This document shows positions 28,635 to 39,734 of a DNA stretch of 64,000 bases, one piece after another. Position 1 is the stretch's first letter. Every line of letters begins with the position of its first letter. The translations under genes and the position numbers were made by a program. The DNA comes from a virus (Duplodnaviria > Caudoviricetes). Below the pieces are notes generated by a model. The model made no database searches. It saw nothing but the letters and a program-made list of their open reading frames with translations, and was not told the DNA's origin. The DNA lies in IMG/VR virus record IMGVR_UViG_3300031857_023573, positions 96,001 to 160,000 of that record; one strand, given 5' to 3'.

Positions 28635-28658
28635 AAAATTATGAATTTTTCTTATATA

Positions 28659-29936
28659 TTAAAAAGGTAAACATTTATCATCAAAGTCAGTTTTTGTCTG
28701 AATATTTAAAATCTTATTTATATCATATTTATTACTAACTATTTCAACTCTTACAGATAGCTCTAAAAGAAGTTTAGTCTGAATATCAAACTCTGTGTCC
28801 GGTTCAATTCTTTTATTATCAAGAAGTGCAAATGCTACACTAGGATCTTCTTTGAATTCCTCAAGTAATTTCTTAACGAATTTAATTTGTTGTGATAATC
28901 TATACCCTTGTAAATTCTTGATTGAGTTAGGAATGTTTTCAATAATTCTTTTAAGTAGATTGAGATCCTCATCACTTGGTTCAATATCAACATAATTTGT
29001 GTATGTAAAAAGTGGTTGTACTTTAGACCAAACTTTAGACAGTAGATCATCATGTTGAATATTTCTAAAATAGAATAAAAAATCATTAGCGTGCCACAAC
29101 TTATTTTTTATATCATCATTAAGTTCGTCTTGAAAAATTGAACTTGGATTAACAACAGTTTCAAGAGTGAAAATTCCAATATCTATGCCCTTTGATTCTT
29201 TAATAATTGTAGAAATTTCTTTTTCTTTAACTATTTTGAAATATTTAGATAATTCGGTCTCATATTTATTGAATATTTTCTCATATTTATCTGAAAAATA
29301 TCTTCTAGTTACACCATTTAGGTGTCTTGAAATTGTAAAGGCTGCAATTTTGATTTCAGTTTCATCTAGTTTTGCATTTAAATCATCACGTTTTTTTGTA
29401 ATTCTAATCGCAGAGTGATGTGGGCTCCCAAGATTTGTAAGTTTAAGTTCACCAGTATTTAGAAACTCTTCAAACTCTTTTGTCCAATAAAAACTATCAG
29501 TATCTATATGATAGGCGATTTGAGTGCAATTTATATCAAATGAATCCACTACAAGCTCTGGACTATCTTGAGTTGCAGAATAATAAACAAAGTTGTAAAG
29601 TCCAATATTTTCTGTTCTCTCTATAAGATAGAAGTCTTTTGTTTTAGAGCCCTCACAAAATCCGGTATAGTCTTTCCAGTAAATTTTTTCTTGACTTCTA
29701 TAGAAGATTTTCTTTCTTTCATTTGTTGTAGTCATCTCGCCTCCAATAGTGTCTTTATCAAATTTATTTTCAAAGACAAAAACATCGATGTCATTCACTA
29801 CAGCAATATTTCCTGAAATCATTTCCCAGATGATATTCCCTAAAGAACCACCTGCGACAATTCCTGTTTTTGGAAAATTATCTTGTTTTGTTTTTAGTAT
29901 ATCAATTGCCTTTCTTGCTAATTTTTCTATGTTCAT
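28659..29936 (-). CDS. Pol-beta-like nucleotidyltransferase (CCA-adding/poly(A) polymerase-like head domain)
   Basis: IVAGGSLGN...VNDIDVFV (GG..DxD) and SFDINCTQIAY. Confidence 0.55.
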   Translation of the reverse strand: MNIEKLARKAIDILKTKQDNFPKTGIVAGGSLGNIIWEMISGNIAVVNDIDVFVFENKFDKDTIGGEMTTTNERKKIFYRSQEKIYWKDYTGFCEGSKTKDFYLIERTENIGLYNFVYYSATQDSPELVVDSFDINCTQIAYHIDTDSFYWTKEFEEFLNTGELKLTNLGSPHHSAIRITKKRDDLNAKLDETEIKIAAFTISRHLNGVTRRYFSDKYEKIFNKYETELSKYFKIVKEKEISTIIKESKGIDIGIFTLETVVNPSSIFQDELNDDIKNKLWHANDFLFYFRNIQHDDLLSKVWSKVQPLFTYTNYVDIEPSDEDLNLLKRIIENIPNSIKNLQGYRLSQQIKFVKKLLEEFKEDPSVAFALLDNKRIEPDTEFDIQTKLLLELSVRVEIVSNKYDINKILNIQTKTDFDDKCLPF

Positions 29937-29959
29937 TTTTAATAGTTTACTTTAAGATA

Positions 29960-29990
29960 CAAAGATAAAAATAATTTTTAATAAAACAAA
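29960..29990 (-). promoter_or_regulatory. Bacteroidota-type promoter (-33 TTTG, -7 TATCTTTG)
   Basis: TTTG 29987-29990, 19-nt spacer, TATCTTTG 29960-29967. Confidence 0.65.
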
Positions 29991-30014
29991 TATCTAAGAT
30001 AAAAAACCCTCAAT

Positions 30015-30046
30015 AATATATACTCTAAACTATATAGTTGAGTATA
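30015..30046 (+). promoter_or_regulatory. Candidate late promoter AATATATA (30015-30022) overlapping hairpin TATACTC..AACTA-TA-TAGTT-GAGTATA
   Basis: Inverted repeat 30019-30046 ends 1 nt before ATG 30048. Confidence 0.45.
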
Positions 30047-30047
30047 A

Positions 30048-33000
30048 ATGAAAATTCCTGGTAAATCACCAATTAAGACTATTACTAAAAAGTTGTCGAA
30101 TTTAAATACTGAGCAAACTCAGAACTTGAGTTCAGTTACTTCTAAGCCAACTGCCAAGAATATAGTGCAATTAAATACTAAAGAACTTATTTACAAAAAA
30201 AGTAAAAAAAGCTTTTCTGTAAATATTTTAAACTATGTTGAGCCATATATCTTCAAAGGTCAAAGATATACTCTTTTTTACACTGAGTTTGATCATAATT
30301 TAAGATATGGGGATCGAGTTTTTATTACTGGTGGATTTTATGACTCAGATCTTTTAATTCAAAACAACAAATATGATAAAAGAGCAGATGGTTATTTTGT
30401 TTGTTATGTAGATAGAACACAAGTAGTTTTAGATATTGAGTACACTGGAGACTTACCTTATGAAGAGTATGATATAGATGATTATATAAAAGTCTATGTC
30501 GCAAATACTCAAGAGGAATTTGAATATTTTGTTCAAGCAAAATCCGCCAGAGATTTTGACACTCTATCAAATAGATTTAGTCAGTTTGGGTATTTATCAA
30601 ATAATAATTTTCTCTATATAAATGGTACTTTTAGTTTAACTGGTTCAGACTATGGTATATCTGGATTCAAAGATGGTTCTGGTAACATATCACTAATTTA
30701 TTCGAACTCTTTTTTAGTTTTAAGTGGCACGTCCTCTGGTTATTTACAAGACATTTCCGATGAAATATCACTTGGAAATCACTTAGGTTATACTTCGAAA
30801 AAGGTTTTTGATATAGAGTTTGGAACAGTTGAAACGTATATTGTCCCACCATTTATAAAAATAACAATTACACTTACCGAACCACATGGTTTCGATATAG
30901 GTGCATACACCGATACATTCACATTGAGAAATATAACTGGTTCTGGACTAGTCAACACTTTAAATAGTAATTCTCCCGCTTATTCTGTTACGGGTGAAAA
31001 TGAATTGAGTTTTTTTTTAACATCATTTTTTATAACATCAGAAGTAATTACAGGTGGAAGAATAGAGTTTGAGCCAGCAACTTTAGGTAGGGGAAGTCTA
31101 CAAGGTCTAAACTATAAAACCAATGGTAATTTAAAAATTATAAACTCTGATTTTGAATTTCAATCATTTCTCACCGGAACTGTGAAATTTAAAAAGGGTT
31201 ATCCATATTATTTTGATCCAAATACTTTCCGTTGGAAAGTAAATAGACTTCACAAACAACCAATTATTACTGAACAAAATTTCAGAGATGGTGTATTCAA
31301 AAAAGGTGAGTTCAATCAAGGCTTGATGGGTACTCATCAAAAAACTATTCTACATGATGGTTCTCAAGTAAATTTCACTCTTGGTTCAGTTTTAAATGCC
31401 TTTTGGTACTATGGAAATATTGGATTCGGTGAAGGAAATACCCTTTCATATTTTACATCATTCAACGAATTTTTACTACCTGAAATAAAAGCAAATGAGG
31501 GTAATAACAGAGGACTTGGTTATAACCTAATTTATGATTCAACAATACAACGTTCTATAATTGAAAGTGGTCTTTTTTATAATACAAATTTTGGAATAAA
31601 TTCAGATAACATTCACACAATGACTGAATATTATCAAAATATCTCAACTACTTTTAGTGTTGTAACTAAATTTGGTGAGTACTTTAATTGTGAGTTTGAG
31701 CTTTCAAATCTCAGGAATTCAACAGTTTTAACTTGTGATATCAATAACTCAAAAATAGATCTTAGTAAATCGGTAAACTCTGAAATCTCAAGAAGTGTTT
31801 TCTTGAATTCAAAATATAACTCTGATAAAGTAATCAAGATTCTTGATTATGATGAAAGATTTGTAAAACTATATGATGATAGTCCTACAATTCAAGATTA
31901 TAAGTTATATAAATTCTATATAGATGAATCAAGTTATTCAAGACTTACTGAGTTTCAAAATTTTTATTTTGACGGTATCGAAATTTTAAATTCTGATTTA
32001 TTAAATTTATTTGATGAGAAGTTCACAATTTCTGAGTATCGAACTAGTTTTAAGTATAAAAGTTCATCGGGCTCATCAGTGGCATCAAGATCTTTTTCCA
32101 ACATATTGGTATATTTATCATCAAAAGATGAGAATATTAAGACAACTTCAAAATTTGATATCAGTGCTAATAGTCTTGTTACAAATACAAAAACTGTCAG
32201 GCCTTCTATAGATGTTTATTTTAAATTTAATGCTAGTTCGTATAGGAGGCTTGACTATTTAAATTTTAATTTAAGAGAGGTCATAATACCAACTGGACCT
32301 TACAGATTCAATATAGAAGGATTTACCGAGGCCACTTCTTGGGGTGGCCAAACCGCATCTTTAGTTGAAGTGTTCACATCTATTTCAAGTTTCACTTTTT
32401 CGGGAGCTACATCAAGTTTGAATCTATACACAAGTCTTCAGTCTCTGGGTATTGGTACTTGGACCTACAGTGGTGATATCTTTGAAGTGTCAGGGGATTT
32501 CGCGTATAGAAATATGATATTTACAGATGGTACAGACGGCGAAGTTATTGAATCTGTTGGTGCTCAGTACCAGTCTGAGAACGTCGTTAGAGAATTAAAT
32601 AATTTATCTGTTGATAATGCCTATATACTAGATTCTGATTTCAAAAGTGGTCTTTTTAAAGACTCTACATGGTTAAGTGGTAATCATATGAACTACGTAA
32701 GAGAACATTCACTTCCCACAAATTCTGAAGTTAGATATGATGGTGACATCGAGAGTGGTGGTCCAAATTCAAATCTAATTAGCTTAAGTACAGTCTCATC
32801 AAAAAGGAAAAATCTAATTGACACAAATGATGTAGCGTTTCTTAATGGATTTTACTTCGATTCAGTGCCTATATCTGGAGAGAATTTAGTAAAACTACCA
32901 AACACATACAAAGTATTCGAGTATACAGATGGTGCGTCAACTCAATTATACAAAATGTATGACTTTATTAATGGAACATCATCATCGATTTATGGATTAA

Positions 33001-36000
33001 TTGATACAACTTCTATAATATCGCAAAGATTCTTCTTGACACCTGGTGCTGAAAATGGATTTAACTACCTACATCCAGTCAAATTCGAGAACTCAAAGAT
33101 AAAACAAGGTATTTTCAAGATGACGTATTTTGAAAATTGCTTGTTGTATAATTCAGAATTTAATAATTTGGATAGAGATCCTAAAAATTATAGAAACTGG
33201 AAAAGTTTTTTAATTAGCGATACTCTTTTTCATGATAATGGTAATACAATAAAGTCTGGATTATTTTATAACTCCTACTGGTTATCTGGATCAGACAAAT
33301 GGTTAAATGGAATATTTTACAATTCAACTTGGAATGTACAGTCGTTTTCTTATTCATTCCAGGCAGTTGGTGATGTCAGAACAACTGCAATTAATAAATT
33401 CAACGATGGTATTGTTAAACAATCAAGATGGATAGATGGAGTTTTTGCAAGCGGTCAATTTTATAAAAATAATTCTAATATAGTCTTTACTCCCTTAGTT
33501 TATAATCTTATCGTGCTAAATAATACATCGGTAAGAAGACCTTTGACATTACATAGAACAAGATACTCTTGGGCTAATGGAACTTTTGAAAATGGAATTT
33601 TTGAACAAAGTACTTTCGAAGCAGGAACATTCAAAAATGGAGAATTTTTTAAATCAACATTCTTAACTGGCGATGCTGAAGGTGGAAATTTCGGAAAAAG
33701 AAGTTTGAAATATCCAGAAACTAGAGTCGCATCTGGTTCATTTAGTAATGTAAATGTGATATCTGCTGAATTTAGAGCAGCTAATCCAAACGGCTCAGTT
33801 GTAGGAAACTTCGAAATCGATTGGAACTCGGGTGTATTCAATAACGGATTATTTGGTGTCTATGTAGATTCAGCATCTTACTCTGAATCCGGAATAAATT
33901 ACTCATTTAGATCCACCTGGCATGATGGTATTTGGCAAAACGGAGTTTTCACAGATACGGCAAGATGGAGAAATGGTAAATTTAATGGTGGTAAATTTAC
34001 CTCTTACTTTGGTTACCCATTTGTTACAGCAGCATCCTACTCTTCAGCAACTGCTGATCTTTTCGCATGGGAGGATGGTGAATTCAATGATGGTGAATTT
34101 GGCCTTGGTTCTACTGGATCTAACTCAACCTGGTACAACGGTGAGTTTAACGGTGGTATCTTTACCGGTAGGTATTGGAATAACGGAATTTTCACTAGAG
34201 GTAAATTTATAGGATCTGGAAACACATCTACTTTGCTTTATAACATACCAAATTATGTATCCCAATTCTCAAACGACTTTTATGGTCTTTGGAATTCTGG
34301 GATTGTTTCTGAAATTAAAGATAAACAAATAGCAAACAAAAAGTTTACGCAGATACCTGAAAGAGAATTTACTAAAAAGAAAATTGTTTATCAAGCTGAA
34401 ATTAGAAATGCACTCTGGAGAGGTGGTGTTTTTTCACATAACAATGGCCTTTTTAACAACTCTGTTTGGACAGATGGTATTTTTGAAAAGGGTGTTTTTG
34501 CTAATTCATCGTTCAATCCATACATAAATTATTTAGTTAATGGGAATTTCCAAGAAACTATAGACGACAATGGTATATCTCAGCCAACTCAGCTTGTGAA
34601 ATGGCAGGTAGATTATTCTGATCAGGACTCTGATGGTAATGTTATAGGTGGCCTTTATACGATACAAAACACTAACGAATACTCCGGAGATATAAAGAGA
34701 GTATTTACCTACTTAGGTACAAGTAGTATCGCAACAGTTTATCAAACAACTGGATTGATAATAGGTGAGTCTTATACCTTTAGAATGATCGTAAGAGAAA
34801 GTTATAATATGGAAGTAAGATTTGGTGATTCAACTCTTTCTCTACAGAATAGAAATTTTACTTTACACGATACAAACTGGATTATAGGCGCTACATCTCA
34901 ATCTCTTGGCACTCAGCCAACTGTAATTGTTGCTACTGGTTCTCCAGGATATATTGACTATACAGATTCAACAGCAGATGGCTCACTTTACATAATATAT
35001 CCAGATATACTTAGTCCTGGTAGAAATTACTATGTAAGATTCTATGCATTTAATAAGACTAATATGGACGACCCATATATTGGTTCTTGTGATAGTTCAC
35101 AGGTTACAATAGAAGATGGTTACATTTTATCAACAGCTTTTGTTGATGGTATAAATATAACATTCTCACAAGTAGGTGTTCCATCTGTAGTTGGTAGTGA
35201 ATGTTTATACGAGTCAGTTATAACTGCAGACTATTCAGATTTAATGATTAATTTCACAACTTTGAGTAGTAACTCTCAATTATCATTAAATGGGTTTATA
35301 GTCACTTCAAATACCGGATTATATACATCTGATATTTCTCAAAGAACGGCATATAGTTACACATTCAATGCAGAGGGACCAGATTTCGCGATAGAGTTAA
35401 TTCCAATAGCAGAGGTTTCAGCTAATGGTGCACAATGGAATCCAGCAACGGTATCAATAGCCGGAATCGAGCTAGTCAAAGGTGAAAGTGGCTTTAATCT
35501 AAGTCAGGATTGTCACTGGGAAAATGGTACTTTGAGAAATTCCGAATTTTATATATCTGAGTGGTATAAAGGAAAATGGGAGTCTGGTAATGCAATTGGT
35601 ATGATTTGGAAAAATGGAGTTGCTAACTACATGAACGCCTTTAATGTAATGTGGGAAGGTGGGGTTTGGAGAAATGGAAATTGGAATGGATCGCCATTTG
35701 GATATGAAAATATCACTGAAAACGGATGTCTTTTGACCTTCACCGAGTCTCAATCTGAGGGTTCTCCTTTAAATTGGCTTGAAGAAATAGTCCCTGGTGG
35801 TGATTGGAACGGACTAAACCTTTTCAATGATTCTCAACCTCCAGCTAACGCTTCAGGAGAGGCATTAATAGGCATAGTGATAAATACACCACTAACATCC
35901 GGATCATTCAATGTTAGCGTGACAGATGGTAGTAGTGCTAATACAGATTTTCCAAGTGATTATAGAGACCCAGCTCTTGATCCAGACACTGCCAATTCTT

Positions 36001-39000
36001 GGGTTAACACATATGGATTTCCTTTTGTGCGTGCAAATCCAATAACTCACTTAAATCTTGGTGATACATATAGAGTCACTGTAAATATTGGGTCACTTAC
36101 TGTTGCTCAGGCAATAGACAGAGAAAATGTTGGAATTCAGATAAGTCTTGGAAGACCGGGTTCTGCTGGTGCGTATGGTGAAACATCAGGTACTTATGAA
36201 GGTTCACTATACCCTCTTTTTAAAGATATAGTTTCTGCAGAGGATTTTGTGAGTCCACACAGAAGAATTATAGATTTAGAAGGTCACACTGGTGCACTAG
36301 TTGATAGTGCTGTTATACCAGGAATTGATGGCTGGATTGGTAGTGGTGGGCAAATGACTGAAACTCTTATAGCAAGAGATAATGCGACTCTCTACTTACA
36401 CTTCAATCTATATGGAGTATCACAACTTACAATTGATAGTATTGTTGTAGAAAGAGTAATTTGTACAACTGCTGCTGAAATAAACGAGGGATATACTTCA
36501 GATATTATCACAAATATTGCGAAATACAGACAATCAATTGGTGATACATCTTATCAAGAAATATTTATAAATAATGCATTTACTTTTAGTATAGATGCTA
36601 GCTATCCAGATATTACTGGATCACCTGATGTTGATTCAACTACATTTACACAATCAAGCACTGTAGCAGAAACTTGGGAGTTTTTGAATAATTATACATA
36701 TTATCCAGTTCGACAAAGCTACGCAGTATCTTCGGGTGGTGCAAAAGGTGGTGGTGTATCATATATTCAAGTCAACAATGCATCAAGTGTTCAAACAGAT
36801 GGTCCAATTTGGCGATCTTTTTCACCAGCTACCAATTGGCTATATGTTGTTGATGAAAATTCAAGTATAGATATTTTTACAGCATCTGGTGAGTATGAAA
36901 TCACTTTTAGATATAGTTTTGGATGGTCAGATCCCAATGAGACACCAACTCAAACAAGTTATGGTGTGAAATTTAGAGTAGAAATAGGATATATTGAAGT
37001 TGGTGGTGTTCCTTTTGATAATGGTGGTATAAGAGAGCAATTTGATTCAGATGTTATTCCACTACCTGTAGCATCAGTCAGTGGTCCAAACATTTTGGGA
37101 TTTTTCACTGTTAATCCGACTGCTCAATATTATGCAGATGGTATGATAAGAACTTACACTACAATATTCAATCCCTCTGTGATAACAGAGACTTCTGACT
37201 CTACAAAATGGATGAGATTTAAAAAAATGAATATTGGAGGCATTGGTAGTCGAGTTGATGTAAGAATACATGGAATAACAATTACTAAAAAATCAACGCA
37301 GTATGACAATCAGTTTAATAATGCGACATATTCTTTATTAGCTGTTGATCCATCTTATGATGACGTATTAACATTGCCAAATTACTCTAAAACTGGTGTA
37401 GCTACCAATGGATATGTTGTATCAACAAGATTTGGAAACGGACTGTTCGTATCAGGAACTGGTTCTGCTCCGTCCTCTATTTGGGAGAATGGGGTGTGGA
37501 ATGATGGTTTAAGATATGACAAAAATGTTGTTGTGTTTACAGATTTGAGTAAATTATCCGGCAGTGATAAATCTGATGCAAGACAAGCAGAGTTTGAAAT
37601 TAAAGGAACTAGAGTTGGTACTATTCCGAATACTCGAGATGATAATTTCTCAAGAGTGAAATATTCTACAAAAAATTGGTTAATAACACTTGATGCTGCT
37701 GAGGGATATATTCAATTTGAAAACTCGTTAATTGACCAAAGTGGTCTAAATATAAATTATTACTTTAATGTTGGTGATAAAGTAAGTGTTGGTAATATTA
37801 TCTCAGTAGATATAAATGGAAAAAGAAAACTAATCAGAGATTATTTTACAGTTGTCGCGATAACAAGAACAACAAAAACTGATACAATTAACCCAGTTTG
37901 GCAACTTATACTTAGTATTTCAATAAACTTTCCTATAAGGACAATAGAAAGGGATTCTGTAAATCATCCAATCTATGTTTCAAAAAATATTTGGCTGAAT
38001 GGGGCTTACTTAAACGGAACATTTAGAGGTATATGGACAAACGGACTTTTCAAAGGTAGACCTTACCTAACAAAAATGATTGATAGTCAATGGATAGATG
38101 GTCGATTTGATGGTGGTCACTTTAGAGGAAAAACAGCATCTATTATCGATAATATACTATCAGATACGCCTGAAGTTGAAGTATTCCCGTCTGGACTAAT
38201 ACAGAATTTTATATTTAAAGATAATAATATATCAGGTCGACCTTTTGGATTTCTTTATAACTCTTGGTTAGAACTAAATTATATCACGACACAAGCCGTT
38301 AATCTCGGGAAAAATGAACTGATTTCGAATGTTTCAACTAGAGTAGATAGAATAAATTACGGTATCCGAGTGCCAAAATCAAATACTTGGTCTATAAATA
38401 ATTACTACGGATATCCGACAAAAGATATCTTATCTAGTATTTCATATTTCAGAAACGGTGACGATCTAAATATACAGGCCTATAGTCTAGGTTGGAAATT
38501 TAAAAGATATGAACAATTTATACCAGATAATGGTGAGTTTTTGAATCCATTCGACAATTATGAAGAAACGAGAACCGTTACCTCTGAAGGTATTGCTGTA
38601 CAGGAGCAGGGTGTCTCCGAATATCCGGGTATGAAAAACTTTTTTGATCAAGGATGGACTTTTTCTACTAGATTAAATCAGCTCGGGTGGCGTACCGAAA
38701 TACCCGGTGGTGATTCTAGGACACTTTATAGATTTTCTTCTAATACAGAACAACCCTATCCAATAAATGAAAGTGGAGGGTATTACGGAGTTCCGGACGA
38801 ATCAGGCTATAACTTATCAAAAATGGTAGTGCAATTAAATAATCCAATTTTAGCTTTTGATGGATACGCCGATGATATCGAGTCTGAAGTGGGTCAAATA
38901 AGGCTTGATAATACTTACACAAAACTGCCAAGGAATAAGTATACAATTTTAGAATTCAAACTAGACTTCAAAGGAGCTACATTCTCTAATGATTTATTTT

Positions 39001-39734
39001 ATTATCCACTTAGTATATACCCACCAGGTACCCAATCAAGTGCCCCTAGAAATTATAACTTACTTGATGATTTTACATATCTGGGTACTACATTTAGTAG
39101 AGAAGGTTATACACTACAAGATGGAACTTTTGTAAACTACGAAATATTACCTACCGGAACAAGTCCATATACTTGGCCCATAAATCACTTAAATAATTTT
39201 GAATCTGTTAAAGTTGAATATTTCTATAACAAACCGGATATAAGTTTTTACTTCTATGAAGATATTGACAACACCGGACCAAATAACAAAAGATATTATT
39301 TTGATTTCATAAGATATACAGAAGTTGATATGATTCCGTTCTTTAGATACGCAACTGGATCTAGAATTACATCTTATCCACAATCACCACTTTCATCAGT
39401 TGCTCCATTTATAGACTATACAAATTCAGAATTTTCACTCATTGATAATATCAATATTTCAGAAGCTAACTTCTCTATTGAAGACAATGTGGTGAGTCTT
39501 GTAAGTTCTAGTGGATTTAAATTTTCCGCAGATGAAGAAGCTTCGCCTGCAAGTACCTATGCTGAGTTTCTACAAGATATAGAAGAAACTAATAGTCTTC
39601 TCAATTTAGGTAATACTCAGGATATATTTTCATCAGCTGGCGGAGGAGGATTATCAAGTGGTGATACTAGTGGTGGGATATCTACTGGAGACACTATACC
39701 ACAAAGTAGTAAAGGAACAAGTAAAGGTGCTTAA
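30048..39734 (+). CDS. Giant protein (3228 aa), putative tail/fibre structural protein with [WF]xxGx pentapeptide repeats
   Basis: Clusters such as WEDGEFNDGEF, WYNGEFNGGIF and WEGGVWRNGNWNG; beta-rich Ser/Thr/Gly composition. Confidence 0.55.
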   Translation: MKIPGKSPIKTITKKLSNLNTEQTQNLSSVTSKPTAKNIVQLNTKELIYKKSKKSFSVNILNYVEPYIFKGQRYTLFYTEFDHNLRYGDRVFITGGFYDSDLLIQNNKYDKRADGYFVCYVDRTQVVLDIEYTGDLPYEEYDIDDYIKVYVANTQEEFEYFVQAKSARDFDTLSNRFSQFGYLSNNNFLYINGTFSLTGSDYGISGFKDGSGNISLIYSNSFLVLSGTSSGYLQDISDEISLGNHLGYTSKKVFDIEFGTVETYIVPPFIKITITLTEPHGFDIGAYTDTFTLRNITGSGLVNTLNSNSPAYSVTGENELSFFLTSFFITSEVITGGRIEFEPATLGRGSLQGLNYKTNGNLKIINSDFEFQSFLTGTVKFKKGYPYYFDPNTFRWKVNRLHKQPIITEQNFRDGVFKKGEFNQGLMGTHQKTILHDGSQVNFTLGSVLNAFWYYGNIGFGEGNTLSYFTSFNEFLLPEIKANEGNNRGLGYNLIYDSTIQRSIIESGLFYNTNFGINSDNIHTMTEYYQNISTTFSVVTKFGEYFNCEFELSNLRNSTVLTCDINNSKIDLSKSVNSEISRSVFLNSKYNSDKVIKILDYDERFVKLYDDSPTIQDYKLYKFYIDESSYSRLTEFQNFYFDGIEILNSDLLNLFDEKFTISEYRTSFKYKSSSGSSVASRSFSNILVYLSSKDENIKTTSKFDISANSLVTNTKTVRPSIDVYFKFNASSYRRLDYLNFNLREVIIPTGPYRFNIEGFTEATSWGGQTASLVEVFTSISSFTFSGATSSLNLYTSLQSLGIGTWTYSGDIFEVSGDFAYRNMIFTDGTDGEVIESVGAQYQSENVVRELNNLSVDNAYILDSDFKSGLFKDSTWLSGNHMNYVREHSLPTNSEVRYDGDIESGGPNSNLISLSTVSSKRKNLIDTNDVAFLNGFYFDSVPISGENLVKLPNTYKVFEYTDGASTQLYKMYDFINGTSSSIYGLIDTTSIISQRFFLTPGAENGFNYLHPVKFENSKIKQGIFKMTYFENCLLYNSEFNNLDRDPKNYRNWKSFLISDTLFHDNGNTIKSGLFYNSYWLSGSDKWLNGIFYNSTWNVQSFSYSFQAVGDVRTTAINKFNDGIVKQSRWIDGVFASGQFYKNNSNIVFTPLVYNLIVLNNTSVRRPLTLHRTRYSWANGTFENGIFEQSTFEAGTFKNGEFFKSTFLTGDAEGGNFGKRSLKYPETRVASGSFSNVNVISAEFRAANPNGSVVGNFEIDWNSGVFNNGLFGVYVDSASYSESGINYSFRSTWHDGIWQNGVFTDTARWRNGKFNGGKFTSYFGYPFVTAASYSSATADLFAWEDGEFNDGEFGLGSTGSNSTWYNGEFNGGIFTGRYWNNGIFTRGKFIGSGNTSTLLYNIPNYVSQFSNDFYGLWNSGIVSEIKDKQIANKKFTQIPEREFTKKKIVYQAEIRNALWRGGVFSHNNGLFNNSVWTDGIFEKGVFANSSFNPYINYLVNGNFQETIDDNGISQPTQLVKWQVDYSDQDSDGNVIGGLYTIQNTNEYSGDIKRVFTYLGTSSIATVYQTTGLIIGESYTFRMIVRESYNMEVRFGDSTLSLQNRNFTLHDTNWIIGATSQSLGTQPTVIVATGSPGYIDYTDSTADGSLYIIYPDILSPGRNYYVRFYAFNKTNMDDPYIGSCDSSQVTIEDGYILSTAFVDGINITFSQVGVPSVVGSECLYESVITADYSDLMINFTTLSSNSQLSLNGFIVTSNTGLYTSDISQRTAYSYTFNAEGPDFAIELIPIAEVSANGAQWNPATVSIAGIELVKGESGFNLSQDCHWENGTLRNSEFYISEWYKGKWESGNAIGMIWKNGVANYMNAFNVMWEGGVWRNGNWNGSPFGYENITENGCLLTFTESQSEGSPLNWLEEIVPGGDWNGLNLFNDSQPPANASGEALIGIVINTPLTSGSFNVSVTDGSSANTDFPSDYRDPALDPDTANSWVNTYGFPFVRANPITHLNLGDTYRVTVNIGSLTVAQAIDRENVGIQISLGRPGSAGAYGETSGTYEGSLYPLFKDIVSAEDFVSPHRRIIDLEGHTGALVDSAVIPGIDGWIGSGGQMTETLIARDNATLYLHFNLYGVSQLTIDSIVVERVICTTAAEINEGYTSDIITNIAKYRQSIGDTSYQEIFINNAFTFSIDASYPDITGSPDVDSTTFTQSSTVAETWEFLNNYTYYPVRQSYAVSSGGAKGGGVSYIQVNNASSVQTDGPIWRSFSPATNWLYVVDENSSIDIFTASGEYEITFRYSFGWSDPNETPTQTSYGVKFRVEIGYIEVGGVPFDNGGIREQFDSDVIPLPVASVSGPNILGFFTVNPTAQYYADGMIRTYTTIFNPSVITETSDSTKWMRFKKMNIGGIGSRVDVRIHGITITKKSTQYDNQFNNATYSLLAVDPSYDDVLTLPNYSKTGVATNGYVVSTRFGNGLFVSGTGSAPSSIWENGVWNDGLRYDKNVVVFTDLSKLSGSDKSDARQAEFEIKGTRVGTIPNTRDDNFSRVKYSTKNWLITLDAAEGYIQFENSLIDQSGLNINYYFNVGDKVSVGNIISVDINGKRKLIRDYFTVVAITRTTKTDTINPVWQLILSISINFPIRTIERDSVNHPIYVSKNIWLNGAYLNGTFRGIWTNGLFKGRPYLTKMIDSQWIDGRFDGGHFRGKTASIIDNILSDTPEVEVFPSGLIQNFIFKDNNISGRPFGFLYNSWLELNYITTQAVNLGKNELISNVSTRVDRINYGIRVPKSNTWSINNYYGYPTKDILSSISYFRNGDDLNIQAYSLGWKFKRYEQFIPDNGEFLNPFDNYEETRTVTSEGIAVQEQGVSEYPGMKNFFDQGWTFSTRLNQLGWRTEIPGGDSRTLYRFSSNTEQPYPINESGGYYGVPDESGYNLSKMVVQLNNPILAFDGYADDIESEVGQIRLDNTYTKLPRNKYTILEFKLDFKGATFSNDLFYYPLSIYPPGTQSSAPRNYNLLDDFTYLGTTFSREGYTLQDGTFVNYEILPTGTSPYTWPINHLNNFESVKVEYFYNKPDISFYFYEDIDNTGPNNKRYYFDFIRYTEVDMIPFFRYATGSRITSYPQSPLSSVAPFIDYTNSEFSLIDNINISEANFSIEDNVVSLVSSSGFKFSADEEASPASTYAEFLQDIEETNSLLNLGNTQDIFSSAGGGGLSSGDTSGGISTGDTIPQSSKGTSKGA

